Shown one piece after another: positions 57,061-64,000 of a stretch of 64,000 bases of DNA (position 1 is its first letter; each line of letters starts with the position of its first letter). Location: NCBI GenBank assembly GCA_964390855.1, contig CAYMJG010000001.1:37726-101725 (forward strand), written 5' to 3'. A program made the position numbers and the translations under genes. Source of the DNA: an uncultured Eubacteriales bacterium (GTDB taxonomy: Bacteria > Bacillota > Desulfotomaculia > Desulfotomaculales > Pelotomaculaceae). The notes below the pieces were generated by a model. It was not told where the DNA came from. It worked only from the letters and a program-made list of their open reading frames with translations, and searched no databases.

Positions 57061-57097
57061 ATAAGCCCGTTTTTCGATAACGGGGCTTATTTTTTTG
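57061..57097 (+). terminator. Rho-independent terminator after rpmF
   Basis: ATAAGCCCGT-N9-ACGGGGCTTAT followed by TTTTTTT. Confidence 0.8.
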
Positions 57098-57115
57098 GTT
57101 TTTTTTGCTAAATAC

Positions 57116-57166
57116 TTGCAATCAAAAACAATGTGCATTATACTGTTTTTTGGTACCTGGTACTAA
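57116..57166 (+). promoter_or_regulatory. fapR promoter (TTGCAA-17-TATACT) with a FapR operator TTGGTACCTGGTACTAA immediately downstream
   Basis: Hexamers at 57116-57121 and 57139-57144. The 17-bp palindrome at 57150-57166 matches the B. subtilis FapR box (TTAGTACC-N-GGTACTAA type). Confidence 0.7.
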
Positions 57167-57210
57167 TTATATTACCTGTTATTATTTTGGGTGAAGGTGC
57201 GCGAGCGGTT

Positions 57211-57774
57211 ATGAATAAAGCGGAAAGGCAAAGGCGGTTAGTCAGGTTCCTGGAAAGTGATCCTTTTTTAACAGACGAGGACCTGTCCCAGATCCTCGGG
57301 GTCAGCGTCCAGACCATCAGGCTTGACAGATTTGAGTTGAAAATACCCGAATTTAAGGAAAGGCTGATGACTGCGGCAAAGGGCGCCGGTTCACCGCCCA
57401 GGACACTATCCGGGGGCGAACTGGTGGGAGAAATGGTGGATCTGGAAATAGGATCTGCCGGTATTTCGATGCTCACTGTAACGTCTGAGATGACCCTAAG
57501 CAAGACTGGATATATCAGGGGACACCACCTTTTTGCCCAGGCCAATTCCCTTGCTGTTGCTACTATAGATGCTGAAATGGCTTTAACCGGGACTGCCAGG
57601 GTTTCATTCAAACGTCCTGTTTCCTGCGGGGAAAAGGTATTGGCCCGGGCGCTCATTAAACTAAAAAAGGGCAATCAGTATATGGTAAAGGTAACTTCCT
57701 GTGTTAAGGATGAAATAGTCTTTGTGGGCCGGTTTTTAATTTTTGCAGTTGCGGAGGGGGCAACACCTTGGTGA
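57211..57774 (+). CDS. fapR: Fatty acid/phospholipid synthesis transcription factor FapR
   Basis: MNKAERQRRLVRFLESDPFLTDEDLSQILGVSVQTIRLDR HTH, followed by a hot-dog (thioesterase-like) domain. Confidence 0.88.
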   Translation: MNKAERQRRLVRFLESDPFLTDEDLSQILGVSVQTIRLDRFELKIPEFKERLMTAAKGAGSPPRTLSGGELVGEMVDLEIGSAGISMLTVTSEMTLSKTGYIRGHHLFAQANSLAVATIDAEMALTGTARVSFKRPVSCGEKVLARALIKLKKGNQYMVKVTSCVKDEIVFVGRFLIFAVAEGATPW

Positions 57775-58787
57775 AAATAGCAGTGGACGCTATGGGAGGG
57801 GATTTGGCGCCGGGGGAAATAGTGCGTGGCGCCCTTCAGGCCGCCACGGAATACCGCCTTTCAGTAATTCTTGTTGGTGACGAGGAATTGGTGCGGGCCG
57901 AGCTGGACAATTCTAACGCCGGAGGACTGATCAGCGTAGTCCACGCTTCCGAAACGATCGGCATGGGTGAGCATCCCGCCATCGCTGTCAGACGGAAAAA
58001 AGATTCATCTGTTGTCAGGGCCACCCAACTGGTCAGGGACGGGGTGGCCGGCGCTGTGGTATCAGCAGGGAACACCGGCGCGGCTATGGCCTCAGCCTTG
58101 CTGTATCTGGGAAGGATCAAAGGTGTTGACCGTCCGGCGATAGCTGGTGTCCTGCCCAAAGAAAAGGGATGTTCTTTAATGCTTGACGTGGGCGCCAACG
58201 TAGACTGCAAACCGGCGCACCTGCTTCGTTTCGGCATTATGGGATATCACTATGCCAAAAAAATTATGGGTATTGACAACCCCCGGGTGGGGCTATTGAG
58301 CAACGGTGAAGAGGACTCCAAGGGAAATGAGGCTACCCTGGCGGCTTTTCCAGGGCTGCAGGCTGCCGGGATTAATTTTGTAGGAAACATAGAGGGACGG
58401 GATATTTTTAACGGCAGTGTTGACGTGGTTGTTTGTGACGGTTTTATCGGCAACGTCGTTCTTAAAGCAAGTGAAGGAATGGCTGCAATGTTGTTAAAAA
58501 TGGTAAAAGAGGAAATGGCTAATAACTACCCGGCAAAACCTGGTATGGCCATAGCAGCGCCTACACTTGGTGAGTTAAAAAAACGTATGGACTATCATGA
58601 ATACGGCGGCGCCCCATTTCTTGGCGTAAACGGTGTCTCCATTGCCTGTCACGGCAGCTCCACGGCCAACGCCATTAAAAACGCGATCAGGCTGGCTGGG
58701 AACTCGGTAGATAATTGTCTTGTGGAATCAATCAGGGAGAGCATGATAAGCATGGAATCCGGAGGGGTTGGTGGCATTATTGCCTAG
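57768..58787 (+). CDS. plsX: Phosphate acyltransferase PlsX
   Basis: KIAVDAMGGD, GNTGA and DGFIGNVVLK motifs. Confidence 0.92.
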   Translation: MVKIAVDAMGGDLAPGEIVRGALQAATEYRLSVILVGDEELVRAELDNSNAGGLISVVHASETIGMGEHPAIAVRRKKDSSVVRATQLVRDGVAGAVVSAGNTGAAMASALLYLGRIKGVDRPAIAGVLPKEKGCSLMLDVGANVDCKPAHLLRFGIMGYHYAKKIMGIDNPRVGLLSNGEEDSKGNEATLAAFPGLQAAGINFVGNIEGRDIFNGSVDVVVCDGFIGNVVLKASEGMAAMLLKMVKEEMANNYPAKPGMAIAAPTLGELKKRMDYHEYGGAPFLGVNGVSIACHGSSTANAIKNAIRLAGNSVDNCLVESIRESMISMESGGVGGIIA

Positions 58788-59772
58788 AGAACTGTGCAAT
58801 GCAGGCATTAGGGGCGTGGGCGCCTACGTGCCGGATAATGTTGTTACTAACGAAGACCTTGAAAAAATAGTAGATACAAGCAATGAATGGATCGTTTCCC
58901 GTTCGGGCATAAGAGAAAGGCGGATCGCGCCTTCGGAAATGGCTTCGTCAGATTTTGCTGTAATTGCCGCCAATGAGGCAATTGCCGGGGCGGGAATTAC
59001 AGCGGCGGAAATTGACCTGGTGATAGTCGCTACCAATACGCCCGATATGGTTTTCCCTGCCACCGCCTGCCTGGTGCAGGAGCGGATCGGGGCCAAAAAG
59101 GCCGGTGCATTTGACCTGGCTGCCGGTTGTTCGGGGTTTATGTACGCCTTAATTGTGGGCAGCCAGTTTATTTCCACTGGTGCATACCGGAATGTTTTGG
59201 TAATTGGCACAGAGAATTTATCAAAGATTGTCAATTGGCAAGACCGCAAGACCTGTGTGCTGTTTGGCGACGGGGCCGGGGCTGTTGTTTTGCAGCAGAC
59301 AGAAGCCGGAATGGGGATTTTGTCTTATAATCTGTATGCTGACGGCTCAGGCGGCAAATATCTGAATCTGCCGGCCGGGGGCTCCAGGATGCCCGCTTCC
59401 CATGATACTGTCGATGGCAACCTGCATTACATACACATGAAGGGCCGGGACATCTTCAGGTTTGCTGTAAGGGCAACGGCGGGGGCTGCTGCCCAGGCTC
59501 TTGACGCAGCCGGAATCAAGGTGTCTGATGTAGATTGTTTCATTCCGCACCAGGCAAATGTGCGAATCATTGAAGCGGCCGCCAAAAGGTTGAAGCTTCC
59601 TCCTGAAAGGGTCCTGATTAATGTGGATCGCTACGGCAATACCTCAACAGCGTCAATACCGATTGCCCTCACGGAGGCTGTGCGCACCGGCAGGATAAAA
59701 AAAGGAGACTACATTTTAATGGTTGGCTTCGGAGCCGGCTTAACCTGGGCGGCGGCAGTGTTAAAATGGTAA
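58768..59772 (+). CDS. fabH: 3-oxoacyl-ACP synthase III
   Basis: SNEWIVSRSGIRERR, active-site AAGCSGF, HQAN and GNTS motifs. Confidence 0.92.
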   Translation: MVALLPRELCNAGIRGVGAYVPDNVVTNEDLEKIVDTSNEWIVSRSGIRERRIAPSEMASSDFAVIAANEAIAGAGITAAEIDLVIVATNTPDMVFPATACLVQERIGAKKAGAFDLAAGCSGFMYALIVGSQFISTGAYRNVLVIGTENLSKIVNWQDRKTCVLFGDGAGAVVLQQTEAGMGILSYNLYADGSGGKYLNLPAGGSRMPASHDTVDGNLHYIHMKGRDIFRFAVRATAGAAAQALDAAGIKVSDVDCFIPHQANVRIIEAAAKRLKLPPERVLINVDRYGNTSTASIPIALTEAVRTGRIKKGDYILMVGFGAGLTWAAAVLKW

Positions 59773-59776
59773 GGGG

Positions 59777-60727
59777 GTGGTGATGATCCGCACAGCTTTA
59801 TGTGATTTACTGGGTATTGAATACCCGATTATTCAGGGTGGTATGGCCTGGGTGGCTACCGCCGAACTTGCCGCGGCTGTTTCTGAAGCCGGAGGTCTGG
59901 GGGTGATTGGTTCGGGGGCTGCCCCGCCCGATTGGCTCAGAGAACAATTGCATAAAACCAGGGCGCTGACTAAAAAGCCATTCGGTGTGAATGTCATGCT
60001 GCTTTCCCCGTACCTGGAAGAAATAATGGGAATTTTGCTGGATCAGCCAGTGGCGGTAGTTACAACAGGCGCCGGCAATCCCGCTAAATATGTGCCTGCG
60101 CTCAGGGAACTGGGAACTAAGGTTATTCCGGTAGTTTCTTCGGTAGCCCTGGCGAAAAGGTTGATCCGTTCGGGGGTGGACGCTTTTATTGCTGAAGGTA
60201 TGGAGTCGGGCGGCCATATCGGTGAATTGACAACCATGGCCCTGCTACCCCAGGTTGTAGATGCGGTTGACTTGCCGGTTATTGCCGCAGGTGGTATTTA
60301 TGACGGCAGGGGCCTGGTGGCCGCACTGGCTCTGGGGGCTGTGGGGGTGCAGATGGGAACGCGCTTCATGTGCGCGGCTGAATGTACAATACCCCATAAG
60401 GTCAAGAATTTTGTAATCAAGGCTAAAGATCGTGACACGGCGGTTTCCGGCCTTTCCACCGGCCACCCCGTGCGCGCCCTGCGCAACAAGCTGACGAGAA
60501 AATATGAAGAAATGGAAAAAAATCACACCCCGGTGGCTGAAATTGAGAAACTGGGGGTAGGGAGCCTCAGGCTGGCCATGGTTGAAGGTGACATTGAAAA
60601 CGGTACGGTGATGGCCGGACAGGTTAGTGCTATGGTTAATCAGGTACAGCCCGCCCGTGAAATTATTTTGGATATTATCAGCGGCGCCGGCAGTGTTATC
60701 GGTTGCTTGCATAGTCAGGTGGTGTAA
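59777..60727 (+). CDS. fabK: Enoyl-ACP reductase II (FMN-dependent, nitronate monooxygenase fold)
   Basis: YPIIQGGMAWV, ESGGHIG and AAGGI...G motifs, located inside the fab cluster. Confidence 0.8.
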   Translation: MVMIRTALCDLLGIEYPIIQGGMAWVATAELAAAVSEAGGLGVIGSGAAPPDWLREQLHKTRALTKKPFGVNVMLLSPYLEEIMGILLDQPVAVVTTGAGNPAKYVPALRELGTKVIPVVSSVALAKRLIRSGVDAFIAEGMESGGHIGELTTMALLPQVVDAVDLPVIAAGGIYDGRGLVAALALGAVGVQMGTRFMCAAECTIPHKVKNFVIKAKDRDTAVSGLSTGHPVRALRNKLTRKYEEMEKNHTPVAEIEKLGVGSLRLAMVEGDIENGTVMAGQVSAMVNQVQPAREIILDIISGAGSVIGCLHSQVV

Positions 60728-60731
60728 GAAA

Positions 60732-61670
60732 ATGAAAATCGCCTTTGTTTTTCCCGGCCAGGCCTCACAATACGTCGGTATGGGCAAAGAGTTTTACCAT
60801 GATTATCCGGAGGCTGCCGCAATTTATCAAAAGGCGGACGAAGCGCTGGGCTTCCCCTTATCCCGGTTATGCTTTGAGGGGCCGCAGGAGGAGTTAAACC
60901 TTACCGCCATTACCCAGCCGGCTGTGCTGGCAACGAGTGCGGCCTGCCTGGCTGTTTTAAACAGTGTGACCGGGCTGGTCCCCAGTGCAGTAGGGGGACA
61001 TAGCCTGGGTGAGTACACAGCGCTGGTGGCGGCAGGTTCGCTAGCATTTGAGGACGCTGTAAAGCTGGTGCGCAAACGGGGCCAATATATGCAGGAGGCA
61101 ACACCCGTCGGCGCGGGTGGTATGGCCGCTGTCCTGGGACTGAGCGCCGGGCAGGTGGTCGAGGCTTGTAAGCAAGCCCCGGCGGGCGTGGTTGAGGCGG
61201 TTAATCTTAATTGCCCGGGCCAGGTGGTAATAGCGGGCGATATTGCCGGCTTGCAGGCCGTCGGGCCGCTGCTTAAGGCGGCCGGCGCCAGGCGTGTAAC
61301 CCCGCTGCCGGTCAGCGCGCCTTTCCATTCCTGCCTGATGGCGCCTGCGGGAGAAAGATTGGCAGATGATTTGGAAAAGATTGATGTGGCGGATCCGCAG
61401 ATCCCCGTGATGGTGAATGTAAGCGCTGCCCCGGTCTGTGACGGTGCGCAGATTAAAGAGTCCTTAATCAAGCAGGTATCCAGCCCTGTTCGCTGGGAAG
61501 AGTGCGTCCAGGGAATGTTGGCCATGGGTGTGGACACATTTTTAGAAGTAGGCCCGGGAAAGGTGCTCAGCGGGCTAATTAAAAGAATCAGCCGCGATGC
61601 GACCATATTAAATATTGAGGACAGAGCATCTTTGGAAAAAATCCTTGCTTTAACCAGGGAGGTTAGCTAA
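60732..61670 (+). CDS. fabD: Malonyl-CoA:ACP transacylase
   Basis: MKIAFVFPGQASQYVGMG and GHSLGEY motifs. The ORF-track start 60627 overlaps fabK and lacks homology. Confidence 0.92.
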   Translation: MKIAFVFPGQASQYVGMGKEFYHDYPEAAAIYQKADEALGFPLSRLCFEGPQEELNLTAITQPAVLATSAACLAVLNSVTGLVPSAVGGHSLGEYTALVAAGSLAFEDAVKLVRKRGQYMQEATPVGAGGMAAVLGLSAGQVVEACKQAPAGVVEAVNLNCPGQVVIAGDIAGLQAVGPLLKAAGARRVTPLPVSAPFHSCLMAPAGERLADDLEKIDVADPQIPVMVNVSAAPVCDGAQIKESLIKQVSSPVRWEECVQGMLAMGVDTFLEVGPGKVLSGLIKRISRDATILNIEDRASLEKILALTREVS

Positions 61671-61671
61671 A

Positions 61672-62418
61672 ATGATCCTGGACGGAAGAATTGCCATTAT
61701 TACAGGAGCATCCAGAGGTATTGGCCGGGCTATTGCCCTGGCTCTAGCTAAAAAGGGAGCAGCTGTAGTGGTTAATTACGCCTCCAATGCCGGGGCTGCA
61801 GAGGAGACGGCACAGCAGGTCAGGGACAGCGGCGGCAGGGCCCGGGTTTTTCGGGCCGATGTTGCCGAACCAGCCGGGGCTGCCGCCCTGGTGCAGGCTG
61901 CTGTTGATCAGTTCGGCGGTGTGGATATACTGGTGAATAACGCCGGTGTCACCAGGGACAATTTTATTCTCAGGATGAAAGATGAAGATTGGGATCGGGT
62001 CCTTGGCGTAAACCTGAAAGGGGCTTTTAATTGTACCAGGGCTGCGGCCAGGCTGATGATTAAGAACCGTTCCGGACGGATCATCAACATCAGTTCTGTG
62101 GTTGCTTTGACCGGCAACACCAGCCAGGCCAATTACTGCGCCGCTAAAGCCGGTTTAATCGGCTTCACCAAGGCGATGGCCAAAGAACTGGGCCCTCGCA
62201 ATATCACAGTAAATGCCGTGGCGCCTGGTTTTATCACCACTGAAATGACCCTGGGACTGCCTGAAGAGCTTAAAGAGAAGATGCTTTCCCAGATTCCTCT
62301 AAAAAAATTCGGTGGGCCCGAGCAGGTAGCTGAGCTGGTTGCCTTTCTGGCGTCGGATACGGCAGATTACATCAGCGGCCAAACAATTGCGGTTGATGGT
62401 GGTATGTCATGTGTCTAA
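61672..62418 (+). CDS. fabG: 3-oxoacyl-ACP reductase
   Basis: ITGASRGIGRAIA, NNAGV and YCAAKAG motifs. Confidence 0.92.
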   Translation: MILDGRIAIITGASRGIGRAIALALAKKGAAVVVNYASNAGAAEETAQQVRDSGGRARVFRADVAEPAGAAALVQAAVDQFGGVDILVNNAGVTRDNFILRMKDEDWDRVLGVNLKGAFNCTRAAARLMIKNRSGRIINISSVVALTGNTSQANYCAAKAGLIGFTKAMAKELGPRNITVNAVAPGFITTEMTLGLPEELKEKMLSQIPLKKFGGPEQVAELVAFLASDTADYISGQTIAVDGGMSCV

Positions 62419-62463
62419 AATTAATATTGATTTAATAGCTCGAAGGGAGGTGTACCTATAGTT

Positions 62464-62694
62464 ATGGCGATAATCGATCAGGTTAAAGCAATTATAATTG
62501 ATCAATTGGGAGTTGACGAGGAAGATGTCAAGGAAGAGGCTTCTTTTGTAGATGATTTAGGAGCTGACTCACTGGATATTGTTGAGCTTGTTATGGCCCT
62601 GGAAGAGGAATTTGAACTGGAGATTTCAGACGAGGATGCTGAAAAAATCCGCACTGTTGGTGAAGCGGCTAAATATATCCAGGAGCATAGATAA
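62464..62694 (+). CDS. acpP: Acyl carrier protein
   Basis: [20 protein letters not shown] (phosphopantetheine serine motif). Confidence 0.95.
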   Translation: MAIIDQVKAIIIDQLGVDEEDVKEEASFVDDLGADSLDIVELVMALEEEFELEISDEDAEKIRTVGEAAKYIQEHR

Positions 62695-62713
62695 AAATTT
62701 GTTGTCACATAAG

Positions 62714-62744
62714 AGTCCCGGAGATAAACCCTGGGACTTTTTTT
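62714..62744 (+). terminator. Hairpin plus T-run after acpP (partial terminator before fabF)
   Basis: AGTCCC...GGGACT followed by TTTTTT. Confidence 0.55.
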
Positions 62745-62762
62745 GAAAAGGGGGGTAATTTT

Positions 62763-64000
62763 TTGCTCAAACGGGTTGTTGTCACCGGCCTGGGTATAAT
62801 ATCCCCGGTAGGCATTGGCCTGGAGGCATTTTGGGGCAATCTGACGGCCGGGGTATCCGGAATTGGAATGGTAACCAGGTTTGATCCGGCTGAATACGGC
62901 ACTAAAATAGCGGGTGAGGTTAAGGGTTTCGAGCCAACCCTTTATATTGATAGAAAAGAATCCAGGCGTATGGATCGGTTTACCCAGTTTGCGGTATCCG
63001 CAGCCGGGATGGCTGTGCAGGACGCTGCACTCAATTTTGCTGACGAAGACAGAGATCGCATTGGTGTTTTCCTGGGCTCCGGAATCGGGGGTATTGAAAC
63101 ACTGGAAGAGCAAGCCAGGGTGCTCGCTGAGAGGGGTCCGGGGCGGGTTAGCCCGTTCTTTGTGCCGATGATGATCGCCAACATGGGCGCCGCGCAAATA
63201 GCGATCAGATACCGCCTTAAGGGGCCGAACACGACCAGTGTTTCCGCCTGCGCCTCGAGCAGCAATGCCATCGGGGACGCCTTTAAAATGCTGCAATACG
63301 GCCGTGCGGAAGTGATCATTACCGGGGGCGCCGAGGCTTCTATAACACCGCTGGCCATGGCCGGTTTCATTCAAATGAAGGCTATGTCGACCAGAAACGC
63401 AGAGCCGGAAAAAGCCAGCAGGCCATTTGATCAGGAGCGGGATGGTTTTGTGATTGGTGAAGGGGCCGCTATCCTAATTTTAGAGACACTGGAGCACGCC
63501 TTAAAAAGGGGCGCCAGGATATACGCGGAAATTACCGGTTATGGCAGTACCTGTGACGCTTATCATATGACGGCCCCGGATCCGGAGGGTCACGGCGCGG
63601 CCAGCTCGATGAGAGAGGCCCTGTTAGATGCCGGCATTGACCCGCCAGCGGTGGATTACATTAACGCCCATGCTACCGCTACGCCGCTGGGGGACAAAGC
63701 GGAAACCCTGGCTATAAAAAAAGTTTTTGGGGATCATGCCGCCCGGGTGGCCATCAGTTCGACCAAGTCAATGACCGGCCATCTGCTGGGCGCTTCCGGC
63801 GGACTGGAGGCGGCAGTTTGTATCCAGGCCATTCGCGAAGGGATTATTCCTCCTACAATTAACTATGAGCAACCGGATCCCGACTGTGATCTTGATTACG
63901 TCCCCAATACCGCCAGGAGGGCTGGGGTTGATGTGGCTCTTACCAATTCCTTTGGTTTTGGCGGGCACAACGCCACACTGGTCTTTAAAAGATATCAGGC
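62763..64000 (+). CDS. fabF: 3-oxoacyl-ACP synthase II, runs to the window end (nearly complete)
   Basis: Open frame absent from the ORF track because no stop lies in the window. My reading gives (M)[18 protein letters not shown]..., then the ACAS(S) active-site Cys region, and the visible end ...[18 protein letters not shown]. Confidence 0.9.
   Translation, partial: MLKRVVVTGLGIISPVGIGLEAFWGNLTAGVSGIGMVTRFDPAEYGTKIAGEVKGFEPTLYIDRKESRRMDRFTQFAVSAAGMAVQDAALNFADEDRDRIGVFLGSGIGGIETLEEQARVLAERGPGRVSPFFVPMMIANMGAAQIAIRYRLKGPNTTSVSACASSSNAIGDAFKMLQYGRAEVIITGGAEASITPLAMAGFIQMKAMSTRNAEPEKASRPFDQERDGFVIGEGAAILILETLEHALKRGARIYAEITGYGSTCDAYHMTAPDPEGHGAASSMREALLDAGIDPPAVDYINAHATATPLGDKAETLAIKKVFGDHAARVAISSTKSMTGHLLGASGGLEAAVCIQAIREGIIPPTINYEQPDPDCDLDYVPNTARRAGVDVALTNSFGFGGHNATLVFKRYQ

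Noticed and set aside
60627-60731. 35-codon upstream extension of fabD that overlaps fabK. Similar ORF-track N-terminal extensions occur for coaD, rpmB, fbp, rpoZ, fapR, yicC and the SASP gene.
   Set aside because: In every case a canonical start with a good Shine-Dalgarno coincides with the conserved N-terminus of the family. The extension overlaps the upstream gene or the RBS itself.
1-64000. A whole-window search for CRISPR arrays, tandem repeats, tRNA/rRNA genes, transposases, integrases, toxin-antitoxin pairs and defence islands.
   Set aside because: I found no regularly spaced direct repeats and no tRNA cloverleaf-like T-arm or rRNA signatures. No ORF carries recombinase, nuclease or defence motifs. 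Gene order is overwhelmingly the conserved Firmicute core, so a cryptic large accessory system is unlikely here.

Overview
This window looks like an ordinary, syntenic housekeeping stretch from a spore-forming Firmicute. The Clostridia / Peptococcaceae-Desulfotomaculum assignment is inferred from gene content only. Supporting genes are an alpha/beta SASP, gpr, ylbJ, remA, fapR, fabK and an archaeal-type FBP aldolase/phosphatase.

Most of the window follows two gene orders known from Bacillus:
- yicC-remA-gmk-rpoZ-coaBC-priA-def-fmt-rsmB-rlmN-(Ser/Thr signalling)-rsgA-rpe
- rpmB / recG ... rsmD-coaD-ylbJ-ylbN-rpmF-fapR-plsX-fabH-fabK-fabD-fabG-acpP-fabF

Interspersed are the ribDE(BA)H operon behind an FMN riboswitch, a cobalamin riboswitch in front of a lone cobT, murI, ychF, an aspartate aminotransferase, and an oxidative-stress cluster (NUDIX, hemerythrin-like, rubrerythrin).

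A few accessory-looking loci stand out:
- an SLH-anchored phosphodiester glycosidase
- an ArsR / CoA-disulfide-reductase-rhodanese / TusA / DsrE sulfur module
- a secreted beta-propeller protein
- an ADP-forming acetyl-CoA synthetase paired with a stand-alone Pta-N-terminal-like protein

I saw no rRNA, tRNA, CRISPR array, transposase, integrase or recognisable defence island. I do not see convincing evidence for a large novel system.

The most unusual items, in rough order of interest:
1. A gap-free ~45-nt element occurs downstream of two unrelated minus-strand genes (fbp and gpr). It reads as paralogous 16-20 aa micro-ORFs with synonymous substitutions.
2. An actinobacterial-style FhaA-FhaB-PP2C-RodA-PBP-PknB module is nested in the Firmicute operon.
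3. An uncharacterised Cys-rich membrane protein is translationally coupled into the def-fmt-rsmB operon.
4. rsmD apparently needs a non-AUG/GUG/UUG start codon.
5. Several unexplained structured or repeated intergenic segments are present.

All functional calls come from motif recognition by eye. No database search was run.
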